Below, piece after piece: positions 1 to 13,761 of a DNA stretch of 64,000 bases. Source of the stretch: Mobula hypostoma (taxonomy: Eukaryota). A program made the position numbers and the translations under genes. Each line of letters opens with the position of its first letter. Position 1 is the first letter of the stretch. The stretch lies in the NCBI RefSeq assembly GCF_963921235.1, contig NC_086097.1, positions 135,162,001 through 135,226,000 of the forward strand, read 5' to 3'. A model generated the notes under the pieces. The model did not search any database. It had not been told where the DNA came from and was given only the letters and a program-made list of their open reading frames with translations.

Positions 1-547
1 TATACTACCTTTAAAGTCATGCGTATGATGATAACACTTGTCCAATGCAAATGCAAATAGTCCCATAGTGCAGAAGTGCAAGTTTTGCATTAAGGATGTG
101 TTGTGAGCTAGTATTAGTATTTTCCATAGATGCTGTCTAGCTTGCTGAGTTCCTCCGGCATTTTGTGCGTATTGCTTTGGATTTCCAGCACTTGCAGATT
201 TTCTCATGTTTGTAGTATTGGACCTTATGTTTTAAATAGGTGTTGTTATCTGTCATCCTGAAAGCTGAGTATGGTGGCTTGCCTATTTCCTGTTCACTCA
301 ATCGTAACCCTTGCCTAAGATCTTTAATGGCTAAAAATGAGGGTTTTGAGGGATGGATCTCACTACTTTAAAATAAGGGGGTTGGTCATTCAAGATATGA
401 GAAATTACTCCACTGAGAGGAGGAATCAATCTTTAGAATGGTGTACAGAAGAGAGCTGTGGTGGATCGGTGACAAGTCGAAGACCACTAGGCTTTTGGAA
501 AGTAAGGGAATTAAGCAGGAATGTGATGTCGAGTAAAATGTCGACTA

Positions 548-1249
548 CAGTCGGCCCTCCTTATCCGCTAGTTCCGCATCCGTGAATTCAACCAACTGCG
601 AATCGGGAAAACCTGGAAGTTCTCTCTCCAGCACTTGTTGTTCGAGCATTGTTCGCCTCGTGTCTCGTTTGTTTGTTCGCTACTTTGTGTGAAAAAATGG
701 CTCCTAAAAAGCAATTCATCAAAGGCTAAGAGGGAGCGTAAAGTGCTCTTTCTTGCTGAGAAATTAGAAATATTAGATCTTTTGAAAAGTGACATGTCGC
801 ATTCCAAAGTGGGCCGTAAAGTCGGTAAGAACGAATCGAGCATTCGCACAATAAAGCAGAAAGAAGCTGAAATTTGTGGAAGTGTTAGTGCTAGGAATGA
901 CTGGCTGGCTATGTAAAGCGCTACAGCCTCAAGAACTTAAGATCACGGGAGAATCGGGATCGGCTGATGCCGAGGCGGCATTGGCGTTCCCAGAAGAGCT
1001 ATGATGGTTGTGTCTGTACTGAACATGTACAGACTTTGTTCTTGTCATTATTCCCTAAACAATACAGTATAACAACTATTTACATGGCATTTACATTGTA
1101 TTAGGTATTAGAAGTCAACAGAACAAAAACACTGCGGGCGGCGGGTTCTGTGCTGGCCTGGGCCCCAAAGTCCACCCGCACCGAGACAGGTTAAATAAGG
1201 GACTTGAACATCCGCGTTTTTTGGTATCCGCGGGGTTGGGGGGCGACTG
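548..1249 (+). mobile_element. TcMar-Tigger internally deleted DNA transposon (MER2-like ends)
   Basis: TA|CAGTCGGCCCTCC ... GGGGGCGACTG|TA terminal inverted repeats with TA duplication; frameshifted CENP-B/psq-type HTH fragment KRERKVLFLAEKLEILDLLKS...VGKNESSIRTI. Confidence 0.85.
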
Positions 1250-1989
1250 TATTAACTTGTTGAATGCACACAGACACAGTGGTGAATGTGCTTTTATTTA
1301 TGTTGTAATACTACTGGACATGTAAATCCAATAAGTTAAATATTGATAGCCATGAAACTCCCAGATATCCAAGAAAGCCCATATAATTCATTCATATTCA
1401 TCAAAGCAGGCAATTTTATGACAAATAACCTACAATAGTGCCTCTCTATAGTTTAAGAGATCAGTTAGGAATGGGTTATCGGTCCTTGCCAGTGAGGCAA
1501 ATCTCGTAGGTGAATAAGTGCATAATTATTGCATTGTGGAGTCTTGTGTTCAAACACAAAATACTGATTAACCTTTTATGATCTTGTTTGTCTGCACTCA
1601 CTTTCTGGGAATTGTATAATTTAACATAATATCTTTTCAACACAGTAGTTTAGTACTTGAGCATTATCATTCTCTGCTTTAGCTCCCAAATTTATTCCTT
1701 CACATTTCCTATATATTGTAAGATTTTATCTGAAATATCACTGTGGCTAAATTCCTTATTTTCTGTACCAAGCAAATATATACTTCTATTGGCTAATTAA
1801 AAACAATTCATATCTAGAATGTTAGGTCTGGAAATGAAAAATCCCATTTCCAACACTTTTGTAATTGTTGGCATTCTTTTGGTTTCTTTTATATATTAAA
1901 AAAAACACTCAAGTAAAAACAGCTGAGCTAGAATCTCATTTTTATTTGCAAGTGTTGAGAACATTCAAACCAATTTTTTTATTTTGCAG

Positions 1990-2078
1990 GCCTATCTTAT
2001 GCGCCCTTCAATTATTTTCTTCGATGAAATAGATGGCTTGGCTCCTGTTCGTTCTAGCAGACAGGATCAGATACATAG
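1990..2078 (+). CDS. ATAD2: ATAD2 internal exon (AAA1 Walker B); upstream exons lie outside the window
   Basis: ttttgcag|GCC...CATAG|gtaagt; translates AYLMRPSIIFFDEIDGLAPVRSSRQDQIHS, matching the ATAD2 AAA1 Walker B region. Confidence 0.95.
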
Positions 2079-2673
2079 GTAAGTGTATGAAGAATTTAAA
2101 AAAAAAAGGTGTAATAGTTAGTCTGGGGATCCGATAAATCTTACCTATGTTACGTGTTTTAGAGATGAGTCTTCTCATGTTTACCAAACAGATGGAATGT
2201 CGGTAATGCAGCAGGAGAATAGTCCAAAAACGTTGATTTCTGGTTGCTTGGTATACTATATATGCAGGGCTGTGGAAGATTTAGGGGCAATACTTAACAT
2301 GAGGATAGAGTAGGAAGGTGGAGTAGTGTTAGAAGAATAGCTATGATTGAACGACAGAGCTGGATCAAGGAAGCAAATGGCCTGTTCCAATACTGTTTGT
2401 TCACTTGTTAATAGTTTAATTTTTCAGGAGAGTTCCTGTTTTTGATGCATCATTTTTCTTGTGGTTGAGAGAGTGAGCCTCATACTTATGAAAAAATGTG
2501 CAGTGTTGTGAGATGCACACTGTTCATTTTGAAAATAATTTAAGGTATTTTCTAGTTGGGCACACTTGGGTCTTCAGTGGGGGGGGGGACCCGCAATTTT
2601 TATGATTTTAACTTTTAAACTTCAAGTGAACTTCCAAGTGCAAGTCTGGACTTCAGTTGTCACATGTTTATAA

Positions 2674-2892
<219 letters not shown>

Positions 2893-3510
2893 TAATGCAT
2901 AATTTGAAGAAGTTCCTTTTGTTCCTCAAAGGAAAAGATTATGTGTGATCTGATTATTCTGCAAGGTGTTCTGTAATTTGTGCCATTTGGCATCTGATGT
3001 AGAATCCTGGTGCTGGCCCAATCTGTAGACCTTGATTAATGGTGTTCTTTGGCTGGTTTGGTGTTACAGCTGATGACAGTAGTTAATCTGTGTATTCCAT
3101 ACTTCACCTTGGAGCAGCATTTCATTGGGGTCCTGATTCTGTTTGCTTGGGGTAAAATCAAGTTTTGTTTTGCATGTTCTCTAATAAGAAACTGATCGTT
3201 GGAGGTGGTAGTTAACGGGCAAGAGATGAAAACATTGCATATGAATAATATCTGTTCAGCCTCAAATGTCAGTGTACAAATATAACTTCTTGCAGCTTTG
3301 TTCATGTTATAAAATTCCTGTTTTTCTTAACCTACTGTAATCCAGGGTACAAAATCAAAAATACCATATTAATCTTGCAGAAAATAAAAACTTGCTATTT
3401 GTTGAAGCATATCATCAAGTTTCACTTATTTGGAAAAAAAAAGTGAGAAATTTCCACCAATACTTGAATGTATTCATTTTTGTTTAAACTGTCTTCCAAT
3501 TTGCCCAAAG

Positions 3511-3601
3511 GCCCGAAAAGAGATTTTGAAAGTCCATACCAGGGACTGGAACCCAAAACCATCAGATGCATTTCTCCAGGAACTAGCGGAGAAGTGTGTA
3601 G
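3511..3601 (+). CDS. ATAD2: ATAD2 exon (AAA1 lid)
   Basis: cccaaag|GCC...GTAG|gtgagc; ARKEILKVHTRDWNPKPSDAFLQELAEKCV. Confidence 0.95.
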
Positions 3602-3680
3602 GTGAGCATCTTTTTTTGTATGTGTGCCTACTTAAATTATGATGCCTCACAAGTATTAACTAATCTGTTCTCTGTTGCAG

Positions 3681-3995
3681 GTTATTGTGGTGCTGATATT
3701 AAATCTGTCTGTGCTGAAGCAGCATTGTGTGCCTTGCGTCGTCGGTACCCCCAGATTTACGTCACCACTGAGAAATTGCTCCTAGATGTATCTTCCATTA
3801 ACATCACAGCACGAGATTTTGTGAAGGCCATGCAAAATATGACGCCCACTTCTCAGCGGGTGATGGGTACTCCTGCAAGGGCACTAACATTTGTTGTCAG
3901 GCCACTCCTGGATAACACTTTGTGTAGAATTCTAGATGTGTTGAAAAAGATTTTCCCACATGCAGAACAAGACTTTAAAGAGAATGGCGAGAGTG
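3681..3995 (+). CDS. ATAD2: ATAD2 exon
   Basis: Follows a 79-nt intron; ttgcag|GTTAT...AGTG|gtaaga; GYCGADIKSVCAEAALCALRRRYPQIY...IFPHAEQDFKENGES. Confidence 0.95.
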
Positions 3996-5008
3996 GTAAG
4001 AATTTAAAACGTGCAATATACAGTGCATAAATAATAGATCCATACTGATGCTTGGGTACCAAAAAACTCCCATTTTTCTGTAGAATCATATCCTTGTATT
4101 CCTTTCAGCCTTTCTTAACTTTTCTAGGTCACCTTCAAGTACGTGTTGCTCCCCTCATTGTTTCATCGCATTGTATGTTCTATATAATCTCCTAGTGGAG
4201 GGAACTGAAGTGTGGAGTTCTGACTGAAATAAACTGATTTGTTTTAAATGTGTTAATCATGCATTTAAACATTCATTAAATAAATCCAAGAAGATAACAG
4301 ATCTGACACCACTAAGGTTGTATCTATGCAGTGCTCATGTGCCAGTATTGCCCTGTATTGTTTTTAATCATTGTGTTCTGCATTTTTGGCACCTGACAGC
4401 AAGTACTGCAGAGGAACTTTTGGAATTATGCACTCACTCTCATCTCCTATGATTTGCCCTTGATTTAGCCTCGGGGTTGTCTTCCTGCATCATTTTAGCA
4501 TTGGGTCTGTAGTAATTCAAATTCATGTGGCTTGACTGTAGTTACATGTAGGTAGTTTTAGTTGACCTTAATCGCAGTTAGGCCTGAGGTTCAGAATGTC
4601 AAGGTACTCCTCTCTCTAATCATCTGTGTTGGGGAGAAGCTAGGATTCTGCAGACACTTCTCTATTTGTTTTCTCCCAGAAACAAACTGTTCCATGGTTT
4701 ACTACTTTTTTCTGAAGTGAGGAATTTGCTGGTGGTTTGTATATCTCTACTTTCTTTTGTTTCACTGTTGACACCATTACATTTGACTTCTTGGCCCCAA
4801 AATTTGGAGTTCTTTTCTTTCAGGTCCACCTTTCTCTTTTGCTAAGTTTTTGATTTTCTGACCCAATGTTCCAAATTTAAATTTTACCTAATAAAATGGT
4901 GAAGTGCTAAGGGATGTGTTTCTACAATAAATCTATTTCATGTTATTGGTTCTGAGGATAATGTAAAGTAATTATCTATTGTTAATTGTTTTGATTCTCC
5001 TGAAACAG

Positions 5009-5132
5009 ATGGAATAAGCCATATACTTAATGATGGTATCTACAGTGATGATGAAAGTCCATCTGTTTTTGAAAATGGACCACATCAAATATGTGAGCAG
5101 GAAAATAGTGAATCTTTCCTCAGTTATAGCAG
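5009..5132 (+). CDS. ATAD2: ATAD2 exon (linker)
   Basis: aaacag|ATGGA...AGCAG|gtagga; DGISHILNDGIYSDDESPSVFENGPHQICEQENSESFLSYSR; both phases fit neighbouring exons. Confidence 0.9.
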
Positions 5133-5477
5133 GTAGGAACATTTTCTTTATTCCATAACTGTATGCTTATAGGAGTTCAATGTGCAAATAATAGATGTTT
5201 CGAAATGGGTTTTCGGACGTTCCTGGATACAATATCTAATTCCAAATTGGGAAATCCACCCGGGGTTGGTTCAAACGTGTTTATTGTTATCATTGGAGGA
5301 GGCTACCCTTTCCCGCTAGTTTTAGTAATACTTGGGTATTAGAAAGTGAGACCCGTACAAGTAGTAGTTTCCTCATTTAAAGCTGTAATGATGTTTTAAT
5401 AGTAAACTTTGGATTTTTGCATTTTGTCTTAAATGAAGCATGTAAGTGTGCTTTTTGTGGGCTTTTTTTCCCAGTTC

Positions 5478-6476
5478 AGGTCAATCTTCTATAATCCGGC
5501 ACCATTGGGACTTGAGTGCCAGATTAATGAAAATGCCAAATTACAGAAGGATGACGTTAAGCAATAGCTAACCGCCTCATCATACCTTTAAAATATCATG
5601 AAAATCAGTACAAGTTAGATAATAATGAAACAGAAATATTAAATGAGTAGCAAGTGAAATTTTAATAAAGTAATATACTGTACAGGCACAGATTAAATAA
5701 AGCGTATGGGTAAATGTACAGGAATTATACAGAACAGTTGAGCACTTTTGCTTCTAAAGTGAGATGTTTAATATACCTTCAGGCAAAGTTGCATGTCTGC
5801 AAGTGTGGGGTTGTTGGGATCACCAACATCTTCATCTTGAAAAATGAGTGAAGCATCAGGAACTGCTGAAACTGGAACAACAGTTTCTTCAAAAACTGTT
5901 GGTGGCAGCACATCTGGGTGAGCGGAAGCAGAAGTCGGAGAAAGGAGGTCTTCTATACGCCACATTTCACGTGACCGCCAGGCGGCTGGGGATTCAGCGC
6001 TGTGCTCTTCCCTCTTCACTCACAGTTACGGAGGGAATCCTCATTAGTTTCTTTTCCTCTGCTTAGTAATATGCTTAAATTCAGCCACGTCTGATCTGAG
6101 GTCATAGGCAGAAGAGAACGGAGCGCCGGCTGGGCAACACCAGAGAGCAGTGTGCGACTGCTGGCAGGCGTGTGAGAAGGCGGATCGCACCAGCGCGCGC
6201 CAGCTCCCCCGCCGCTGGCGGGTGAGATGGGCGGGTGCCGGGTGGCCATGCCTCACACAAATGATATTAGTAAATGCAGGAAAACAAGCAGGAATCGCCT
6301 GTCTGTACTTATAAGAGCGCGCCAACACATGAACAGATCCAGCGCAACCAAAACAATGCGCAGCAGATTGGTACAGTGGCCCAGGAAATTTGAAATTACA
6401 GTTGCACGGAAAACTCAGTGCTGGATTATCGAAGGAATCGGATTATAGGTAGCCAGATTAGTGAAAGTCAACTTTA
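5478..6476. mobile_element. Degenerate pogo/Tigger-like non-autonomous element
   Basis: Imperfect inverted ends (gtcaatcttctataatccggcacc / ggattataggtagccagattagtgaaagtcaac) around a GC- and CpG-rich core at ~6100-6260. Confidence 0.45.
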
Positions 6477-6570
6477 TAAATTTTCATGTCTATTTTTATC
6501 ATTTCAGAGCTCAGTACAGTATTTTAGAAATTCTCTTACAGAAGCAGTGTTAAACATTTTTGCTTGGGTA

Positions 6571-6633
6571 CAGTATCACACAAAGGTCTTAGGCACATGT
6601 AGCTTTGGTGTCTAAGGCCTTTGCAAGATACTG
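6571..6633. mobile_element. 63-bp palindromic Tc1/mariner-type MITE
   Basis: TA|CAGTATCACACAAAGGTCTTAGGCAC-spacer-GTGTCTAAGGCCTTTGCAAGATACTG|TA. Confidence 0.7.
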
Positions 6634-7996
6634 TATTTGTTGACGTGTAAGGGAGAATGAGTTTGTAAATCTGTTGGGAGAAAAGGACGTTGGGAATGGC
6701 AAGGGTGGAGCGCTGCAGGAGGGGTGTGGGACAGGTAGCAGAGAAAGAGTGCTGGTTCGGGTGGGGATGGGGTGGTGCAGGTGTAGTTCTTTTGGTGTTC
6801 TGTCCAGCATTTATCCCAAGATCAGTAGGAATGGATTTATTCTGTAATTACCTATTTAGCATTTGTTGTACTATTTTGTGTACAAGTTTCCTGTAAAGCA
6901 AATGCCTACCTTTCTAAAGTTGACTAAAACGAACCTTTCAACATACTTTTGTGCTGATCTAAACTAATTCTATTTGCTTCCATTGGGAACATTTACGTCT
7001 TGCATATTTAAGTATCTATCTAAATGTGCCTTAAATGTAGCAATTGTATCTGATTACATCACTGCTTCTGGCAGTGTTCTGGATACTCTGCCACTGTATA
7101 TGTATGTGTATATATTTTCTCCTCAGATCCTCTTGAAATCTCTTTCCTCTCATTTTAAACTTGTGCCCCCTTATTTTTGATACCCCTATCATTGGTTAAA
7201 AGCTTTTGACTATCCACCTTATCTTTGTCTTTCATAATTATGTGTACTTCTATCCCATCACCCTTCAACTAAAAGTAACTCATTTTTTATGAAGCCCTTT
7301 ACAATATCTCAGTAACTTGAATGTATTATGTAGTTCATTTTTTTTTAGCAAGCAAAGTGCTTCTGTCATACTACAATTGTACCATTCAATGAAGATGCTG
7401 CATCAGGAGGATGTAACTGTAGACTTTTTTTATGGATAGCTTTTTTAATGGATAGCTTTTTTAAAACAAAAATGGAGAAAGTATCTGACAATATCCTCCT
7501 TTTGTTATCCCACTTTACCAGATAATTATACATTACATACCTAAAATGCCTCAGTAAAATGTCAAATTATGTCTTTGTGATCCAAGACACTCGATTATTG
7601 TTGTCGTAGGCATCGACAACAATATAGATAGTATATAAATGCCATGAAAATAAGGCTTTTGCAGCAGCACAGTACATAACTAATGTGACAAACATAAGTT
7701 CATTTAAATGTTAAATTACTTAACAATGGAGTACTGTGGCTTTTTGGACTTGCTCCTCATTAGTTAGCAGTGCTCTGAGGAAATGTTAACATAAGATCCT
7801 GCATCAGTATTGCTGTTACTTCTGTGTTTTGCATTATGCTTAAATTTCTTCCTAACATTTAAAAAAAAATGCAGGCTTTTGTTTTAAATTTAAAAGAAAA
7901 GTGTTTGTCTTGCTAAAGTATTGCTATAAGTACCTTAAGCATATGTTTACTGCTGCTTTTTGGGGGAAAAATTATGAATACCTGGCCTTTCATTAG

Positions 7997-8183
7997 GTGT
8001 GCTTATCATCAACCAACCTCATACAGACCACGACTGCTGCTGGCTGGGCTACAAGGTTCAGGTCAGAGTTCTCATCTTGCTCCTGCCCTGATTCACAGAT
8101 TGGAAAAATATGCTGTGCATACACTAGATCTTCCAGTGTTGTATGGCATTAGTACCACATCACCTGAAGAAACCTGTGCAATG
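7997..8183 (+). CDS. ATAD2: ATAD2 exon (degenerate AAA2 Walker A)
   Basis: cattag|GTGT...ATG|gtaaga; CAYHQPTSYRPRLLLAGLQGSGQSSHLAPALIHRLEK...SPEETCAM. Confidence 0.95.
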
Positions 8184-9702
8184 GTAAGATTATGTGTAGT
8201 TTATGATCTGGAAATGTATTTTGGTAGAAATGCCTTGTATTGATCAAGTTACACATCTTAGTTTGATTGTATGCTTCCAATGAAGTGATAATAAATTAAA
8301 CTTACAAATTCAAATTAGTATTATTTGAAATAAGTTTATAATGTCACTCTTGCAGGCAATCAACTTGATTTTTTTTTGTCAATTGATCTGCCATCGGATG
8401 TTTTCCCATCGTGGCTTTTTTAGGGACAACTATTTTTGATCTTTCATATTTGAAAATCTTTACACAACTTCCAGCATTCCCATACACTAGCTTTACTCTG
8501 CCACACAGTTTGTTGCAATGATCTAGCTTGCTATGAAAACAAACAATATTTTTGCCAGTTAGATGCTGAATGATCCTGAAAGCAAATCAATTATATTAAG
8601 ATCATTTAAATATCATAGAAATAAGTGAAGTTAAATATTCTAAAGTGCATGTCTCCATCCTTTTGTTTGTCTTGTCTAAACATTTAAATTGTAATTTGTT
8701 TTGGTTTACTTCAATTTGGGAGGGCTGAGGGAAGGAAATGAAAGGAGTTAAAGAATTTGTATGAAATTGTGCTTTTGAAACCCAACTTGTGTCCAGACAT
8801 GAATTGCATTTGAGGCATCTGCTTCATTTACCTTCCCTGCAGTGTAATATTAAAAAAATAAAAGATGGGTGCTTTCCAATCCCCACATAAGAACAAATCT
8901 CCACATCACATAAATGTCACATTGAATGTACCTCATCCCCAAATATTCATTGTAATTTCTGTGCAGAGAAACTACATGTTCAATTAGCCTTTTTTCCTAA
9001 CAGCAAATGGTAGTTTTGGCTGGCCTCTTCTACTCTAGCTGTGGAATCTCATATTATATGCCCTCAAAACACCAGGACAAATTGCAGGCTTAGCTGATGT
9101 CTGGTTGTAGACACGTTTCATATTTGCATTCCAGAGCAGCTAATCATATTTAATATCGTGATGTTCTCCACTGACACCCCCTCCCTTTAAGGGATCTACC
9201 AGAGCTTTAAATTTAAATCTCTCAATGTCTGTTTCTCAAAAACAAAAATTTTGCGGCTGACTGGTTTATTATGAAAATTGCTGCTGACTGGTTTATTTTG
9301 CTTGAATGCTTATCAAGAACTTTTTAAATAGTTGATTAAGGATGGTCTCGTCCTGCTTTTTAATGTTCTAGAAATATGAATAAAAAAGAGCAAGTTAGTT
9401 TCCCCGCCATTCAGCAAAGCTGTTGTGAACTGCAAACCTCAGTAGGAATAATATCAGATCAGATTCAATAAGTGGAATCTTGTCCTGGATATTCACTTTA
9501 TAAAGTAAAACTCCAGTAATGTGTTTATACCTTAATAATCCAAATATGGAACTGTTGATAAAATCCTTGCATCTGATTGGAGGTACAGTTGGGATGTCAG
9601 ATTCTGATAGGTTATGAGCAGATGTCAGTTTGACTTGCTACTAATATAATTTTGGATCTAGGATAGCACTTTAATTTTACACAATTATCTTGATCCATGT
9701 AG

Positions 9703-9888
9703 TTGTTTCGAGAAGCTCGAAAGACAGCCCCAAGTATATTATATATCCCTCACATTGATCAATGGTGGGAATCGGTTGGAGACACCTTAAAAGCTACGTT
9801 CATTTCATTACTTCAAGATATACCCTCATTTACCCCAATCCTGCTACTGGCAACATGTGATGTTCCACATAATGTGCTGGCGGAAGAG
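9703..9888 (+). CDS. ATAD2: ATAD2 exon (AAA2)
   Basis: tgtag|TTG...GAG|gtaaat; LFREARKTAPSILYIPHIDQWWESVGDTLKATFISLLQDIPSFTPILLLAT...EE. Confidence 0.95.
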
Positions 9889-9950
9889 GTAAATTTTCAT
9901 TTAATGTAAATCCTATTCACTTTTCATTGTTTAATTACTAGTTTGATGTA

Positions 9951-10728
9951 CAGTGGATTCCCATCAATTGGGGCACATCAGAACCACTACATTTTGGCTT
10001 AATTAGCTGAACTTTAATGGAAATAATTTAGAAAGGTATATATATTAAAAAAAGACAAATTACTGTTGAGGTGAGTAACAAATTATGTAATTAAATAAAA
10101 TTCGGAACAAATTAGAACATTATCAATACTACAACAGTACTATAAAACTGTGTAAGTTCCTAATAGTTATCAGTGGAGGAATTCAATGTATACTGCCGTG
10201 TTCTTTTGACCGTAAATGCACAAAATAATTACAGACACCTAGTGTACATAAAGGACGGACTTTGTGCAATACTGTTGACAGTTGCATCCTTCATTTTCAT
10301 TATAACATACCTTAATTCTTCGTAGTTCCTGACCTGAAGTAGCAGTTGTTTTTATTTTCACTTCTGCTTGTTTCTGGCATCTGCAAGTCTGAATGGTTGA
10401 AGCCTCTGAGCAAAACAGTTCTGAATCGTCTTGCTGCTTATTTCTCACCAGCTGTCAGTGACAAAAATCATTGCTTTTTGAACACAAACACATGCAGCTG
10501 ACACTATCTAAAAACTTTTCACTCTAAGCATGGTGCAGTATTTAACTGCCATACAAGTGTACACATCTGGTACTAGTTAGAAACTGTTTGGTAACAATCT
10601 CCTGCCCTAATTAAGTGACCATAGTGTCCCCAGTAAAGGAAGAAAATCCTGGCTATTTTCTAGATTTGTTTTTGTTCTTTCAGCATTGTCCCAAATAAGC
10701 GGCTGCTGCAATTAACCGGAATCCACTG
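9951..10728. mobile_element. Tigger/pogo-like MITE
   Basis: TA|CAGTGGATTCC...GGAATCCACTG inverted ends; a partial second copy at ~53020-53268 ends GGAATCCACTG|TA. Confidence 0.75.
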
Positions 10729-11280
10729 TGGATTGATTTTTTTTTTGGAATGGGGCTTCAACTTTCATCTCTAGTATCCAGTTTCTCCTTGAGAAAAGAA
10801 ACTCAAGGAATTTCCAGCTATCCTTAGCCTTTGAACAGATGCACTTGTAGAATACTTTCATGATGATTGCTTTCTACTTTGCTTTGAGTGTCCCAGCAGT
10901 TTTGAGTAGAATTACTCAGTACAATTTGTAAAGACAAGAAAGGCAAGGTGAAAAGGGTGTGATTAAATTGTTACAAATGTATATGTAGGGGCTGTTAATA
11001 AATAATTACTCTTTAAGATCAGCTTGCATATTCTCCCTGTGACTGTGTGGGTTTCCTCCCACAGTCTAAAGACGTATTGGTGAATTGAATTGACTTTATT
11101 ACTTACACCCTTCACATACGTGAGGAGTAAAAATCTTTATGTTGCATCTCTGCCTAAATGTTCAATTTATAGTAATTTGTAAATAGTATGTTCAACAGGA
11201 CAGTCAATATAACATAAAAATACAATTGTATCAGTGAATTTCAGTCTGGCCTGCTGGAAGAAGCTGTCCTGGAGCCTGTT

Positions 11281-11345
11281 GGTCCTGGCTTTTATGTTAT
11301 GGTCCTGGCTTTTATGTTATGGTACTGGCTTTTATGTTATGGTAC
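11281..11345 (+). repeat. 20-bp tandem repeat x3 within a decayed LINE 3' fragment (~11085-11450)
   Basis: ggtcctggcttttatgttat repeated three times with one substitution. Confidence 0.8.
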
Positions 11346-12327
11346 TGTTTCCCGTATGGTAGCAGATGGAACAGCTTGTGATTGGGGTAACTCAGGTCTC
11401 CAATAATCCTTCAGGCCCTTTTTACACACTTGTCTCTAAATCGTCCTGTTATTAGGCTAGTGTTAAATAGGTAGGTTGCTGTATTGAGAATTATTTTTTA
11501 ATTTGTTCTTTTCTTTTCTGGTTCAGCTTGGGGAATTTATATATGCATTTGCAAACAAAGGGGGAGGCACTGCACATGTGTTCGAAGGCCACAAGAAAAC
11601 ACTATTAGAACCAGCACCAAAGCAATACAGAAAGAGAAATGATTACTGATGTAGTACAGAAAATAACACTTAATAAGCAGATCTATACAATGCTGAAGGA
11701 GACCTACAGTTCAGACAACCTTTCTTGCACATCTGACTTGACGTACTGTAACCCTTTTGACATGCTTGTCCCCATCTTCTCCCAAATTCTAGCACTAGCA
11801 CTGGTCGGGACCTAAGACGGTTCTCCTTTGCACAAAGAAAGTGATCCTATACCATTTAAGAGACTTCAAAACTATAATATAATTATCAACCAGTACTTTC
11901 CATCCCTTAGTGGTACTAACTAACACCCACCCCTCCAACCCCCCCCCCCCCCCCATCCCGTCTCTTACAACCTTCAGCACAGGCACATGATTTAGGAAAG
12001 GTCTGTCAGGAAGAAGACCTTCTCATTATCAAATCTCAGGGACGTACAGTTGTGCACACCTTCAGAATCTCCAGGCTGTCACCACATTCCAAGCTGACAA
12101 CATTTTGTCTTCAGCTTCCATTTTCTTTTGGCATGTACAAACAGTTACCCCAATTAACTCTCCTTGCATTTGCTGGGTAGCATGGCTTGCTAAGCTGGAA
12201 GGGCCTGTTCTGCACTATCTCAAAATAAAATAAATGCCCTGTTATTTCCTCAGCTTCCTGTTTTATCCATTTAAAACATGATTAAAGATTTTTACTTTTT
12301 AATTATAATTCCTTTTTATCTTTTCAG

Positions 12328-12463
12328 GTAAAAGAATTGTTTGCTCACCATTCTGGGGAAGTTTTTAATGTTCCACTTCCAAACTATGAGGAAAGAAAGA
12401 AGTTTTTTGAAGATCTGATACTGAAGCAGGCTGCAAAGCCCCCATCACCCAAGAGGAGAGCCA
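12328..12463 (+). CDS. ATAD2: ATAD2 exon
   Basis: ttttcag|GTA...GCCA|gtaagt; VKELFAHHSGEVFNVPLPNYEERKKFFEDLILKQAAKPPSPKRRA. Confidence 0.93.
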
Positions 12464-13761
12464 GTAAGTTAGAAGTAATCTTGAAATTGCCACATTGGGA
12501 TTTTAAGCCATTGATTTAGTTGAATTTTAAGTGGATAATAATCTTCCATGTATCTTCAGTCACTTCCTCCAGTTTCCAGAATCAGTTACTTGCCACCCAT
12601 GATCATTTCAAACTTGATTCACTTTGGTAGGTTGACAGTCCTGCTAATATAAAACTTCTGTGGACATCCAGGCTATCTATCTTCTCCAATATCCCTTTTC
12701 ACATCACCCCTGCCTGACATGGTTATTTTTCATTACATTCTTTATCATAGCACCCACATTGCCCTTCCAATTTCCCCTTTTACGTTCTAGAATAAACTCC
12801 CTTATACTTACAATGCCTACAGTCCTTCAATTGATTTGCTCTTGTTCATTCCCAAATGTGACCTGTCCTCAGCCCCGTAAGTTAAGAGTTGTAGTTTTGT
12901 AGATTATATGGCATGCAGCATTTCAGCTAACTGTTGTTGGACCACAAATTCCTCCTTGTTCTCATTTGGCAGAGGATATTGTCCTAGAATGCAAAATACC
13001 CCAAGGTACAGTTCACCATAATAATTATCCACTACTTGTATTCACAGCATAAATTGGAAACGGAAAATGTTGAAAACATCATCTGTGAGAAAACAACATT
13101 TTAGATTAACGCTTAGTTTTAGAAATGTTAACTCTAACTTTCTACAGATAGCTGTGTAATTCCATTTTCGTTTCATATTCGCAAGCTCTAGAATTTTACT
13201 TTAACAGCAGAAAGAGTACTGCCTATGGCCTCAAGCCTGTACTACCAAAGAAGCAAAGTCATAGTTGATCCTGTGTCTGTTACACTTTCCCACCTGACTG
13301 ATTGCCATAATTCCCTTAATGTTCACTCGTTTATTGATCAGTTTTGAATATTCTCATGATCTGAATATCCGTACCCTCTGAGGTCGAGAACTTAGTAACT
13401 GCAACCTTCCTGTGTAAAGAGGTTCCTTATCTCAGTTCTGAATGCTTGGTTTATGATTGTAACTCTCCCAGATCACAATTCTGCCTCATCTCCCAACTAG
13501 ATAATATAATGGCATCGGGCCCATCATTCCTTTTCAGAATCTTGTACGTTTTAATATGATCTTGGATACCCCCATATAAAGACAAAGCAGTTTGTCTAAA
13601 AAAAAATAATTTCCATTACCACTTTTTAAAAAAAAGTCTAGTTGATTCCTGCACTCTTAAATTACTATCCCATCTTCCAGCTTCATTGTTAAACTGTTTA
13701 TGATTGCTCTGTTGTCCTCCAGCAGTGATGTGAATGTTAATCAAGTTTAAAATCACCCTAG

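Noticed and set aside
6090..6270. Small GC/CpG-rich patch as an intragenic promoter
   Set aside because: Lies inside a probable Tigger/pogo-like element, with no supporting exon structure.
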